Assembly: GCF_046119375.1 (NCBI RefSeq)
Contig: NW_027362767.1
Location: 137,206,001-137,270,000, forward strand
Direction: 5' to 3'
Length of the DNA: 64,000 nt
From: Phyllobates terribilis
Taxonomy: Eukaryota
In this document: piece by piece, positions 41,045-57,068 of the stretch
Numbering within the stretch: the stretch's first letter is position 1
Layout: each line of letters opens with the position of its first letter
Notes under the pieces: generated by a model
The model's input: the letters and a program-made list of their open reading frames with translations, nothing else
Databases searched by the model: none
What the model was told of the DNA's origin: nothing
Translations under genes and position numbers: made by a program

Positions 41045-42720
41045 GCCCCCGGGTGTAGGGGAGAGCCCCCGGGTGTAGGGGAGAGCCCCCGGGTGTAGCG
41101 GAGAGCCCCCGGGTGTAAAGAGAGTGTAGAGGAGAGCACCCGGGTGTAGAGGAGAGCACCCGGGTGTAGAGGAGAGCACCCGGGTGTAGAGGAGTGTAGA
41201 GGACAGCACCCGGGTGTAGAGGAGAGCACCCGGGTGTAGAGGAGTGTAGAGGACAGCACCCGTTGTAGGGGAGAGCACCCAGTATAGGGAGCACCTGGGT
41301 GTAGAGGACAGCACGAGAGCACCCGGGTGTAGAGGACAGCACCCAGTGTAGGGGAGAGCACCCGGGTGTAGGGGAGAGCACCCGGGTGTAGGGGAGAGCA
41401 CCCGGGTGTAGGGGACAGCACCCGAGTGTAGGGGAGAGCACCCGAGTGTAGGGGAGAGCACCCGGGTGTAGGTGAGTGTAGAGGACAGCACCCAGTGTAG
41501 TGGAGAGCACCAGGGTGTAGGGGAGAGCACCAGGGTGTAGGGGAGTGTAGAGGACAGCACCCGGGTGTAGGGGACAGCACTCGGGTGTAGGGGAGAGCAC
41601 TCGGGTGTAGGGGAGAGCACTCGGGTGTAGGGGAGAGCACCCGGGTGTAGAGGACAACACCCAGTGTAGAGGACAGTACCCGGGTGTAGAGGACAGCACC
41701 CAGTGTAGAGGACAGCACCCAGTGTAGGGGACAGCACCCGGGTGTAGGGGAGAGCACCCGGGTGTAGGGGAGAGCACCCGGGTGTAGAGGAGAGCACCCG
41801 GGTGTAGAGGAGAGCACCCGGGTGTAGGGGAGTGTACAGGGCAGCACCCAGTGTAGGGGAGAGCACCAGGGTGTAGGGGAGAGCACCCGGGTGTAGAGGT
41901 AGGGGAGAGCACCCAGGTGTAGGGGAGAGCATCCGGGTGTAGGGGAGTGTAGAGGAGAGCACCCGGGTGTAGGGGACAGCACCCGGGTGTAGGGGAGTGT
42001 ACAGGGCAGCACCCAGTGTAGGGGAGAGCACCAGGTGTAGGGGAGAGCACCAGGGTGTAGGGGAGAGCATCCGGGTGTAGGGGAGTGTAGAGGAGAGCAC
42101 CTGGGTGTAGGGGACAGCACCCGGGTGTAGGGGAGTGTAGAGGACAACACCCAGTGTAGGGGAGAGCACCCGGGTGTAGAGGAGAGCACCCGGGTGTAGG
42201 GGAGAGCACCCGATGTACACCCTCTACACCCAGGTGCGCTCCCCTACACCCGGGTGCTGTCCTCTACACTGGTTGTTGTCCTCTACACTCCCCTACACCC
42301 GGGTGCTGTCTCCTACACCTGGTGCTCTCCCTTACACTGGGTGCTGTCCTCTACACTCCCGTACACCCGGGTGCTCTCCTCTAAACCCGGGTGTAGGGGA
42401 GTGTAGAGGACAGAACCCAGTGTAGGAGAGAGTACCAGGTGTAGGGGAGAGCACCAGGGTGTAGGGGACAGTACACAGTGTAGAGGACAGTACCCGGGTG
42501 TAGAGGACAGTACCCGGGTGTAGAGGAGAGCACCCGGGTGTAGAGGAGAGCACCCAGTGTAGGGGACAGCACCCAGTGTAGAGGAAAGCAGCAGATGTGG
42601 AGGACAACACATGGTGTAGTCATCCACATCTCACTCAGGGTAGGGGACAGTACTCAGTGTAGAGGAGAGCACCCAATGTAATGGAGAGGACCCGGCGTAG
42701 AGGACAGCACCTGGCGTAGG
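41045..42720. repeat. Modular ~19-bp minisatellite (cacccgggtgtaggggagag) with an internal inversion
   Basis: Direct inspection; 42216-42385 is in the opposite orientation. Confidence 0.95.
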
Positions 42721-43597
42721 TTACTCGGAGTAAGTCCCCAGTGTAAGCAGTGTAGAGTACTTACAGTACCCATTGTCTGGGTGGGATTAGTATCCAGTTG
42801 CTGATGTCCGGTGGGGGCAGTAACCAGTCTGTCAGGAGTTAGAGGAGGGATGTTCTGCAGTGATCAGTGGTGTAATGATCTGTAGGGCATTTCGGGGTGT
42901 ATGTATGGGGGGGTACCTGCCTTTCTCCGGAGCTCTCCTCTCTGCCCGGCTGGTTATATTCGGTGCAGGGTGTGTTGTGATTCTCGGCTCCGGCTTTTCC
43001 TGTGAATAATTCTGTATCTGCAGAACTAAAGTGTGACCAAAGGAAAAGCCTGACGGGGTGTTATATAAAGGGGAAACCACCGCCGGCCACTGATCTGTGC
43101 CGTCATCACCAGGGGCTGACAACCTCTCACACAGGGTGCACAGGCTGGTTGTCAGCAGTAATAAGGTCCCGTGTTGTAGGACTGCAGAGGTCGCTGACCC
43201 TCGGACACTATTATAAAAGGTGAATCTTTAATCTGAGGCTTCGGATTATTTACACAATTACAATCATACATTATATACAGGTCGTGTTACTGCAGGAGAC
43301 GTACGGCCAGCATAGGGTTAAAACAGGCACGGGAGCGAGGGCAGAGAGCGCCTGACACCCACCACAATAGGAAAAAAGTGGGTTGTCAAAAGAGAGGGCA
43401 GGAGAAGATGCTGTGAGGGTCCCGCGCTCCTACAGACATCACACGTAGAATTATACAGTGATCACAATCCATTATAAGAAAGTGCAGCCCCAGAAATACG
43501 AGTGCCACCCACCGGAGGGCACCAAGGAGTCTGGGTAAGTCAGGCAGGGGGTAGACTTCTCAGGTAGGTGGTGAGATATGGAGGTTTCAGGTGACTA

Positions 43598-44270
43598 GTC
43601 AGGTAGGCGATCAGTCAGGGAGATGGTGACTAGTCAGGGAGGCGGTCAGTCAGGGGGATGGTGACTAGCCAGGGAGGCGGTCAGTCACGGGGATGGTGAC
43701 TAGCCAGGGAGGCGGTCAGTCGGGGGAATAGTGACTAGCCAGGGAGGCGGTCAGTCAGGGGGATGGTGACTAGCCAGGGAGGCAGTCAGTCACGGGGATG
43801 GTGACTAGCCAGGGAGGCGGTCAGTCAGGGAGATGGTGACTAGCCAGGGAGGCGGTCAGTCAGGGGATGGTGACTAGCCAGGGAGGCGGTCAGTCAGGGG
43901 GATGGTGACTAGCCAAGGAGGCGGTCAGTCAGGGGGATGGTGACTAGCCAGGGAGGCGGTCAGTCAGGGGGATGGTGACTAGCCAGGGAGGAGGTCAGTC
44001 AGGGGGATGGTGACTAGCCAGGGAGGCGGTCAGTCAGGGGGATGGTGACTAGCCAGGGAGGCGGTCAGTCAGGGGGATGGTGACTAGCCAGGGAGGCGGT
44101 CAGTCAGGGGGATGGTGACTAGCCAGGGAGGCGGTCAGTCAGGGGGATGGTGACTAGCCAGGGAGGCGGTCAGTCAGGGGGATGGTGACTAGCCAGGGAG
44201 GCGGTCAGTCAGGGGGATGGTGACTAGCCAGGGAGGCAGTCAGTCAAAGAGATGGTGACTAGTAAGGGAG
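43598..44270. repeat. 35-bp minisatellite, ~19 copies, downstream of the PEX11B stop (probable 3' UTR)
   Basis: Unit ggtgactagccagggaggcggtcagtcagggggat; candidate poly(A) signal ATTAAA on the minus strand at 43227-43232. Confidence 0.93.
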
Positions 44271-44356
44271 TTGGACAGTTGGGAGTGGGTGGCTAGTTAT
44301 GGAGGCAGCTGTTTGATGGTGACTTGTCAGGGGGGGTGACAAGTCTGTGTGCGGAG

Positions 44357-47300
44357 TCAGGGCTTCATCTTCAGCCAGGGGTGCAGGATGGTGAGGATGC
44401 CCAGTATGGAGGAGGTCAGGCCGCACAGGCCCACCACACCCGGGTTGGTCTTGTACAGTCCCAGTTTGTCCAGCGGGATGAAGAGGTCGCAGGCATTCTT
44501 CACAACGTCCAGCAGGAGTGGGGGGTTACCCCGCAGGACGTGCACTAGAAGACGCAGCTGGAGTGCCAGGATGTGCTGCGGAGGGCGATCGCCCCGGGTC
44601 ACTGCGCCATTCTCCATCTTGGAGGAGGAGCGTTTTGCGCCAGTTTCTGTTTCCATCAGTAATTTTATCTCATAGAGATCACGGCTCAGGTTCATGATGA
44701 GAGAGAAAAGGTAATACCTGCGGAGGAGAAGAGAGGGTGACCACCGCTCCACTCACAGCCAGAGCTGTATGTACAATATGAACGGAAAATAAACTCTAGC
44801 CTCCTCCAGAGCTGCAACTATAAAGAATGCCACTCGGAAAGAGACTGATGATACATGACTGGTGTGTAAAATAGTGAAAGTAGATATAAAGGTGACTAAT
44901 TACAAATGCAGCTCTACATGTAACTTGAAATGTGAATGCAGCTATGGAGGTGAGTGGAGTACTATGCTAGTGTTGCAGGTCCATGCAGGAGCGCCCACCT
45001 GAAGGAGCGCTGGCTCCACTTCTCCTGGTCCATGTTCTTGGACAGTCCGGTCTTCCCCAACCACAGGATGTTATCGCAGGCGAAGTACATGGCTCTGTTC
45101 AGGTGGCTGACGGTGATGCAGAGCCGCAGTACCACATCTGACAGGTGGATGGCGCGCTTCGCTGACTCCAAGGCGTCCACAGAGTTCCCCAGTCTGAACA
45201 CTGCAGATAGAGGAGGGTGTCTGTAATACGGGAGCCGAGCGGCAGCAGGTGGAGAATACAGAGGGGCAGAGGTGGTACTCACACTTCCGGCCCAGGCTCA
45301 GGTGCGCTTCCAACTGTTTGATGGTGGTAATGACATCAGTACTGACCCCATTCTTCTGCAGCGAGTACCCCAATAACGTGCAGGCATACTGGGCCGCTCT
45401 GCAAGACACAGAGGTGTGCGGGTAAGAGGGGCGACAAGCAGAGGATGTCACCGGGAGGACTTACCGTGTCACTACAGCCAGTATGGCCGCCATGAGCACA
45501 TCGCTCCCGGACTGCAGGAAAGGATGTCACCCCCATACCAGACAGAAATCCCCCTCTAAGGAACTACACATCCCAGCATGCCCTGCTCAGCTCACCAGGA
45601 GACCACCCGCTGGGACTCACTAGAGGCTGCACGGGAGCCGCTGATCTCACACAGAGGCCCGGGTCCCACTAGCGAATCATATCCGAGGCGAGACCGCCAA
45701 ATGCAATATGCTGATGACCCTCAGCTCCTGTCTCTGCTGCGGGCGTGAGCTGTCAGTGCTCTGTGCTCCTGTCTCTGCTGCGGGTGTGAGCTGACTGTCA
45801 GTGCTCTGTGCTCCTATCTCTGCTGCGGGTGTGAGCTGAATGTCAGTGCTCTGTGCTCCTGTCTCTGCTGCGGGCGTGAGCTGAATGTCAGTGCTCTGTG
45901 CTCCTGACTCTGCTGCGGGCGTGAGCTGAATGTCAGTGCTCTGTGCTCCTGTCTCTGCTGCGGCCGTGAGCTGAATGTCAGTGCTCTGTGCTCCTGTCTC
46001 TGCTGCGGGCGTGAGTTGAATGTCAGCGCTCTCTGCTCCTGTCTCTGCTGCGGGCGTGAGCTGTCAGTGCTTTGTGCTCCTGTCTCTGCTGTGGGCGTGA
46101 GCTGACTGTCAGTGCTCTGTGCTCCTGTCTCTGCTGAGAGCGTGAGCTGACTGTCAGTGCTCTGTGCTCCAGTCTCTGCTGCAGGCGTGAGCTGTCACTG
46201 CTCTGTGCTCCTGTCTCTGCTGTGGGCGTGAGCTGACTCTCAGTGCTCTGTGCTCCTGCTCTGCTGCGGGCGTGAGCTGACTGTGAGGGCTCTGTGCTCC
46301 TGTCTCTGCTGCGGGTGTGAGCTGACTGTCAGTGCTCTGTGCTCCTATCTCTGCTGCGGGTGTGAGCTGAATGTCAGTGCTCTGTGCTCCTGTCTCTGCT
46401 GCGGGCGTGAGCTGTCAGTGCTTTGTGCTCCTGTCTCTGCTGCGGGCGTGAGTTGACTGTCAGTGCTCTGTGCTCCTGTCTCTGCTGAGAGCGTGAGCTG
46501 ACTGTCAGTGCTCTGTGCTCCAGTCTCTGCTGCGGGCGTGAGCTGACTGTCAGTGCTCTGTGCTCCTGTCTCTGCTGCAGGCGTGAGCTGACTGTCACTG
46601 CTCTGTGCTCCTGTCTCTGCTGTGGGCGTGAGCTGACTCTCAGTGCTCTGTGCTCCTGCTCTGCTGCGGGCGTGAGCTGACTGTGAGGGCTCTGTGCTCC
46701 TGTCTCTGCTGCGGGCATGAGCTGACTGTCAGTGCTCCGTGCTCCTGTCACTGCTGCGGGTATGAGCTGACTGTCAGTGCTCTGTGCTCCTGTGTCTGCT
46801 GCGGACGTGCGCTGACTGTCAGTGCTCTGTGCTCCTGTGTCTGCTGCGGACGTGCGCTGACTGTCATTGCTCTGTGCTCCTGCTCTGTTGCGGACGTGCG
46901 CTGACTGTCAGTGCTTTGTGCTCCTGTCTCTGCTGCGGGCGTGAGCTGACTGTCAGTGCTCTGTGCTCCTGTCTCTGCTGAGAGCGTGAGCTGACTGTCA
47001 GTGCTCTGTGCTCCGGTCTCTGCTTTGGGCGTGAGCTGACTGTCAAGGATCTGTGCTCCTGTCTCTACTTTGGGCGTGAGCTGACTGTCAGTGCTCTGTG
47101 CTCCAGTCTCTGCTGCGGGCGTGAGCTGACTGTCAGTGCTCTGTGCTCCTGTCTCTGCTGCAGGCGTGAGCTGACTGTCACTGCTCTGTGCTCCTGTCTC
47201 TGCTGTGGGCGTGAGCTGACTCTCAGTGCTCTGTGCTCCTGCTCTGCTGCGGGCGTGAGCTGACTGTGAGGGCTCTGTGCTCCTGTCTCTGCTGCGGGCG

Positions 47301-50132
47301 TGAGCTGACTGTCAGTGCTCCGTGCTCCTGTCACTGCTGCGGGTGTGAGCTGACTGTCAGTGCTCCTGTCTCTGCTGCAGGTGTGAGCTGACTGTCAGTG
47401 CTCTGTGCTCCTGTGTCTGCTGCGGACGTGCGTTGACTGTCATTGCTCTGTGCTCCTGTCTCTGCTGCGGGTGTGAGCTGTCACTGCTCTGTGCTCCTGT
47501 CTCTGCTGCGGGCGTGAGCTGACTGTCAGTGCTCTGTGCTCCTGTCTCTGCTGCAGGCATGAGCTGACTGTCAGTGCTCCTGTCTCTGCTGCGGGTGTGA
47601 GCTGACTCTCAGTGCTCTGCGCTCCTGTCTCTGCTGTGGGTGTGAGCTGTCAGTGCTCTGTGCTCCTATCTCTGCTGCGGGTGTGATCAGAGTGTCAGTG
47701 CTCTGTGCTCCTGCGGGCGTGAGCTGTCAGTGCTCTATGCTCCTGTCTCTGCTGCAGGCATGAGGTGACTGTCAGTGCTCTGTGCTCCTGTCTGCTGCGG
47801 GCGTGAGCTGACTGTCAGTGCTTTGTGCTCCTGTCTCTGCTGCGGGCGTGAGCTGTCACTGCTCTGTGCTCCTGCTCTGTTGCGGGCGTGAGCAGTCAGT
47901 GCTCTGTGCTCCAGTCTCTGCTGCGGGCGTGAGCTGTCAGTGCTCTGTGCTCCAGTCTCTGCTGAGGGCGTGAGCTGACTGTCAGTGCTTTGTGCTCCTG
48001 TCTCTGCTGCGGGCGTGAGCTGTCACTGCTCTGTGCTCCTGCTCTGCTGCGGGCGTGAGCTGACTGTCACTGCTCTGTGCTCCTGTCTCTGCAGCGGGTG
48101 TGATCAGAGTGTCAGTGCTCTGTGCTCCTGTCTCTGCTGCGGGCGTGAGCTGACTGTCACTGCTCTGTGCTCCTGTCTCTGCTGCGGGCATAAGCTGACT
48201 GTCAAGGATCTGTGCTCCTGTCTCTGCTTTGGGCGTGAGCTGACTGTCAGTGCTCTGTGCTCCAGTCTCTGCTGCGGGCGTGAGCTGACTGTCACTGCTC
48301 TGTGCTCCTGTCTCTGCTGCGGGCGTGAGCTGACTGTCACTGCTCTGTGCTCCTGTCTCTGCTGCGGGCGTGAGCTGTCAAGGATCTGTGCTCCTGTCTC
48401 TGCTTTGGGCGTGAGCTGACTGTCAGTGCTCTGTGCTCCAGTCTCTGCTGCGGGCGTGAGCTGTCAGTGCTCTGTGCTCCTGTCTCTGCTGCGGGCGTGA
48501 GCTGACAGTCAGTGCTCTGTGCTCCAGTCTCTGCTGCGGGCGTGAGCTGTCAGTGCTCTGTGCTCTTGTCTCTGCGGCGGGCGTGAGCTGACTGTCAGTG
48601 CTTTGTGCTCCTGTCTCTGCTGCGGGTGTGAGCCGTCACTGCTCTGTGCTCCTGCTCTGTTGCGGGTGTGAGCTGTCAGTGCTCTGTGCTCCTGTCTATG
48701 CTGCGGGCGTGAGCTGACTGTCACTGCTCTGTGCTCCTGTCTCTGCTGCGGGCGTGAGCTGACTGTCAGTGCTCTGTGCTCCTGTCTCTGCTGCGGGCGT
48801 GAGCTGACTGTCAGTGCTCCGGTCCTCTCACATCAGGGAATCTGCGGAAGAGAAGCAGAAAGTAATTTCTCCATCTCCTCTGTTGCTGGCGTCGGTGGGA
48901 ATCGCACTGCACTCGTATGATATCCGAGTGCAGTGCTATGTTTCACATGCACCCATAGACTTATATACGTGCGATCTGAATCCAGCGTGCTGCTCTTTTT
49001 TTAGTCTGATTGCGAACTGATTGGAGCAGGAAAAAAAAAACACAAATGAGAACACGAGCAGAAGCTCACAAGGGGGCGCCACGCCGGACATGGACTCCTA
49101 GATCTGTGTGTAATGAAAGAGCCAAACAGTGCGACACCACAAAGCACAGCGACCCCGGACTGCTGCACCACGGAGAAAGGAGCCGGTGTACTGACCAGGG
49201 AGAACCGCGCCCCGCATCTAATCCCATCATGTGTGATACTGTCTGCTGTATCTAATCCCGTCCGGTGTGATACTGTCTGCTGTGTCTAATCCCGTCCGGT
49301 GTGATACTGTCTGCTGTGTCTAATCCCGTCCGGTGTGATACTGTCTGCTGTGTCTAATCCCGTCCGGTGTGATACTGTCTGCTGTGTCTAATCCCGTCCG
49401 GTGTGATACTGTCTGCTGTATCTAATCCTGTCCGGTGTGATACTGTCTGCTCTATCTAATCCCGTCCGATGTGATACTGTCTGCTGTATCTAATCCCGTC
49501 TGATGTGATACTGTCTGCTGTATCTAATCCCGTCTGATGTGATACTGTCTGCTGTATCTAATCCTGTCCGGTGTGATACTGTCTGCTGTGTCTAATCCCG
49601 TCCGGTGTGATACTGTCTGCTGTGTCTAATCCCGTCCGGTGTGATACTGTTTGCTGTATCTAATCCCGTCTGATGTGATACTGTCTGCTGTATCTAATCC
49701 CGTCTGATGTGATACTGTCTGCTGTATCTAATCCCGTCTGAAGTGATACTGTCTGCTGTATCTAATCCTGTCCAATGTGATACTGTCTGCTGTATCTAAT
49801 CCTGTCCGGTGTGATACTGTCTGCTGCGTCTAATCCCGTCTGATGTGATACTGTCTGCTGTATCTAATCCCGTCCGGTGTGATACTGTCTGCTGTATCTA
49901 ATCCTGTCCGGTGTGATACTGTCTGTCGTATCTAATCCTCTCCTGTGTGACACTGTCTGCTGAGCTGTATCTAGGCCCTTGCTGAGCCTTGTAGTCCTCC
50001 GCGGTCATTCTTGTATTTGTGGTTCTATCTATCTGCAGGGTATGCTGGGCTCAGTAGTAGTGGCCGGGGAGGTCACCTGAGGAGCCGCTCCTTGGCCTGG
50101 CTCTGGCTGCTGAACCGGACCCAGGAGTCCAT
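44357..50132 (-). CDS. PEX11B: Peroxisomal biogenesis factor 11 beta, 4 coding exons, 244 aa
   Basis: Exons 50132-50077 ([19 protein letters not shown]), 45398-45283 ([10 protein letters not shown]), 45200-44999 ([26 protein letters not shown]) and 44717-44357 ([13 protein letters not shown]...HPWLKMKP). The 56/116/202-nt exon sizes are as in human PEX11B. Confidence 0.96.
45724..48819. repeat. 45/41-bp minisatellite in PEX11B intron 1, ~70 copies
   Basis: Unit ctgtcagtgctctgtgctcctgtctctgctgcgggcgtgagctga. Confidence 0.98.
49214..49972. repeat. 34-bp minisatellite in PEX11B intron 1, ~22 copies
   Basis: Unit tgtgatactgtctgctgtgtctaatcccgtccgg. Confidence 0.96.
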
Positions 50133-53031
<2,899 letters not shown>

Positions 53032-54102
53032 GCTGGGATGGCAGGCTCTGCTCCCTGTGATTGGCATTGTTATGAAGGAGACCCTGGGCACCTAACAGAA
53101 CTTACAGTGTACAACGCCCTGCATACCTCTCTGGTGCCTCCAGAGCAAAATCCAGAGTGTTTCTTCGAAAGGAAACCTGTTACCAGGACTGACCCGATAA
53201 CACCAAACTAAACTCCCCAAGCTCCCAGGGGTGGAACGTATAAAAACACTGCACCAGTTAAGTAAAGGGCATATGTAGTGACTTTCCACTAAGCAGTGAG
53301 CATTTGTGGCTGGTCCGCAGTTCAGGAAGGCATCATGTGACCCAGTTTTGTGGGTTCTGTCCTGGTGTCGGGGATGACTGGAGAGGTTTTGGGAGCTGTA
53401 CACTGTAACTTCTTCTTCATACATTATTAACAAACCCCAGAACTAGAGACTTGTGTTAATATTCAGGCCGGCGTCAGCTATTACTCATATTCTGTCGCCA
53501 CCTTGGCTCCGACGGCAGCACTGAATACACTACCGTGGTATAGAGTATTGCTGGCCGGGCAGCACGCCCGTGCCCTCCTGCTGCGGTCCCGGCTTTGCAC
53601 ATGTTTGTACGCGCGCCGTGGTTTATACTCCGGTGACCTGTGTCTTGTCTACGTCTTTTATATATATATATATATTCTATATTTTGATAGCCGTTCTGCG
53701 CTGCCTGCAGTCTTAGGCTTCACCCCTTCTGCTTGCCCGCGGCCTGTGCCCAGGGCCGGGGGGGGGGGGGGATTTTTATAAGTGTCGGATTTTTTTTTAG
53801 TATTTTCACTTCTGTATCTTTTATACGTAGAATGAATGAGGGGACTGTGTGTAAATGTGGGGGAAGGGCTTAACAAGACAGATTAGTATTGTCTGCCGCC
53901 GTGTATTAGACCGTCCTGCACTCGCGTATCACAAGCACAGCCTGAAGGCACAACAGAAGGGAGCTGTGCATAGACGACATGAGAATGTACTCCAAAAAAA
54001 ATGTCAGGAAGCTAAACTGGCCACTCAGGTGCAATCTTTTCTCTACCTCCTAATCAGCCTTCTCTTCCCTGGTCATGTGTCCATGTCTTAGGGAGGCATA
54101 GG

Positions 54103-55372
54103 TCATAGATGATGTGTCTCAGCGCCTCCACCATTAAGCTTCTATTACAGGAGCACAGAACTCCCTGGCCGTGCATGCTCCATAGAGGATGTCTCTCACA
54201 CCTCCATCATTAAGCTTCTATTACACCAGCACAGAACTCCCTGGCCGTGCATGCTCCATAGAGGATGTGTCTCAGCGCCTCCACCATTAAGCTTCTATTA
54301 CACCAGCACAGAACTCCCTGACCGTGCATGCTCCATAGAGGATGTGTCTCACACCTCCATCATTAAACTTCTATTACACGAGCACAGAACTCCCTGGCCG
54401 TGCATGCTCCATAGAGTTAAGCTTCTATTACACGAGCACACAACTCCCTAACCATGCATGCTCCATAGAGGATGTGTCTCACACCTCCGTCATTAAGCTT
54501 CTATTACACCAGCACAGAACTCCCTGGCCGTGCATGCTCCATAGAGGATGTGTCTCACACCTCTGTCATTAAGCTTCTATTACACCAGCACAGAACTCCC
54601 TGGGTGTGCATGCTCACCTCTGTCATTAAGCTTCTATTACACCAGCACAGAACTCCCTGGGCGTGCATGCTCCATAGAGGATGTGTCTCACACCTCTGTC
54701 ATTAAGCTTCTATTACACCAGCACAGAACTCCCTGGGTGTGCATGCTCACCTCTGTCATTAAGCTTCTATTACACCAGCACAGAACTCCCTGGCCGTGCA
54801 TGCTCCATAGAGGATGTGTCTCACACCTCCGTCATTAAGCTTCTATTACACCAGCACAGAACTCCCTGACCGTGCATGCTCCATAGAGGATGCGTCTCAC
54901 ACCTCCGTCATTAAGCTTCTATTACACCAGCACAGAACTCCCTGACCGTGCATGCTCCATAGAGGATGCGTCTCACACCTCCGTCATTAAGCTTCTATTA
55001 CACCAGCACAGAACTCCCTGGGCGTGCATGCTCCATAGAGGATGCGTCTCACACCTCCGTCATTAAGCTTCTATTACACCAGCACAGAACTCCCTGACCG
55101 TGCATGCTCCATAGAGGATGCGTCTCACACCTCCGTCATTAAGCTTCTATTACACCAGCACAGAACTCCCTGACCGTGCATGCTCCATAGAGGATGCGTC
55201 TCACACCTCCGTCATTAAGCTTCTATTACACCAGCACAGAACTCCCTGACCGTGCATGCTCCATAGAGGATGCGTCTCACACCTCCGTCATTAAGCTTCT
55301 ATTACACCAGCACAGAACTCCCTGGGCGTGCATGCTCCATAGAGGATGTGTCTCACACATCCATCATTAAGT
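54103..55372. repeat. 76-bp minisatellite, ~17 copies, plus one inverted copy at ~55566-55652
   Basis: Unit atagaggatgtgtctcacacctccatcattaagcttctattacaccagcacagaactccctggccgtgcatgctcc. Confidence 0.96.
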
Positions 55373-56665
55373 TTCTAACCCTTAGATCAGGAATAGGACA
55401 GACATTTATAGGACATTTCATAACTTTCCCAAATTCTTATGAAAAAATGTTCCCCACAAACTGCATTGAACTACTGTACCCAATTTATTATATATTTTAG
55501 GAGTCGGAGTTGGTTCATTTTATACCGACTCCACCAAAATGGGCTCCGCTTCCACAGCCCTGGTGGTGAGACACATCCTCTATGGAGCATGCACGGCCAG
55601 GGAGTTCTGTGCTGGTGTAATAGAAGCTTCATGATGGAGGCTCAGAGATACATTATTGTACAGGCACCAGACAGTAGGTTCAGGCATGGCTGCTGGACAT
55701 AACATGACAGGAGCACATACTGAGACGTGGCCTTCAGGGTCAGGTGCTGCCATTCAGCCCTGGACATAGTGTGACCAGTGAGTAGAGTGCTGGGTATGGT
55801 GGTAGGACATTGGGAGATCTCAGGAAGGTGGCAGGGCCCATAATAATAATGTCATCTTTGCTTGCCCCCCCCCCGATCATACAGGGGGGATTCTGCCAAG
55901 TATTGAAATATATCCAGACTCCCTGTGCCCTCACAGATGCCCTAATAATTCTGAGCCCCCCAGTATAGAGAGCAGAACAGGGGTCAGATAACCAGTATCT
56001 ATGCTCTGCCTCTAGTTCATCCCACGAAGGGGTCACATGACACACTTCTCTGCAGTTCTGGCTCCTCGGGGGTGGAGCTTCTTTCTAGCCTTCTGATTGG
56101 TTATTATATCTATAGTATGTGGCATTTCTATGGAGAGTGAGCAGACTGTGCAATAACGGAGGAGGAGGCGCCATGTTCCTATACAGGTGACGGAAGCAAT
56201 AAGTGCGCCCAGCGCGGGAGGCGAGGACGGACACTACAGTATTATAATGTATAAAGGACGATTTTATAGCTGTACTTTTCTTACTACCTAACAAGGTCTC
56301 CACGACTGGTACCGGACCAATAGACTGGGTTTTATATCACTATCCGCTCTTTGTATGGCCGTATACACAAATAAAAAACTATTTACAAGAACACGGTGCG
56401 TTTACTGATGTGGAAAGTCCTGTACTGAGAGTGGAGCGCCGCCTACATCACAATTCTGGTACTGCTGACAACCAGCCTGTATACTATATGCTGTGCTAGT
56501 TGTCAGCCCCGCCCCCTGGTGATGACATCACTAATTTATTACATCAGGACTGGTAATAAGAAGATCTCCATTTTCTTTGGGGTTAGGACAGGACTATGAC
56601 CCGCCTTTTGTCACCGCCTCATCTATTATATTAGGTTATTGGACGATGCTCGCTCATATATATCA

Positions 56666-57068
56666 ATAAAGTAAGGGATCGCTTCACTGTCAAATATACG
56701 GGTGCACTGAAGTAATATATTACTAGCAAAAATCAAAGAAACTTCGGCACTCCAATGTAGATGCACAAAAAATTATATTTTATTTTATAGGTAGAAACCC
56801 CACAGAAAGTAGATCGGCCACCGTTTCGACCTAAAAGGTCTTTATCAGGGCCTTTTCTGGTAGATGGGGGAATGTATGAGACAGGTGAAGCGATGACATG
56901 CCGCCGCTTCACCTGTCTCATACATTCCCCCATCTACCAGAAAAGGCCCTGATAAAGACCTTTTAGGTCGAAATGGTGGCCGATCTACTTTCTGTGGGGT
57001 TTCTACCTATAAAATAAAATATAATTTTTTGTGCATCTACATTGGAGTGCCGAAGTTTCTTTGATTTT
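56666..57068. mobile_element. Palindromic insertion (164-bp arms) with a 15-16-bp flanking duplication; Penelope-like pseudo-LTR relic
   Basis: Arms 56729-56892 and 56905-57068 with a 12-nt spacer and one mismatch seen. CGCTCATATATATCA occurs at 56651-56665 and 57069-57083. A hammerhead-like core lies in each arm. The structure is seen directly; the family call is inference. Confidence 0.7.

Noticed and set aside
40977-42629. Three overlapping ~400-aa Pro/Leu/Tyr-rich ORFs
   Set aside because: Open in all three minus-strand frames because the 19-bp repeat lacks stops.
42765-42773. ATG-GGT-ACT followed by GTAAGT as the perilipin start
   Set aside because: The exon at 40749-40703 has a better acceptor, good Kozak context and the typical short first coding exon. 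The upstream 5' exon structure (another donor at 42916) remains uncertain.
42900-44356. PPAR response element between PEX11B and the perilipin, by analogy with PEX11A-PLIN1
   Set aside because: No convincing DR1 found by eye; only an IR1-like AGGTCGCTGACCC near 43188-43200.
45724-48819. Cys-rich metallothionein- or keratin-associated-like ORFs
   Set aside because: Intronic 45-bp satellite antisense to PEX11B.
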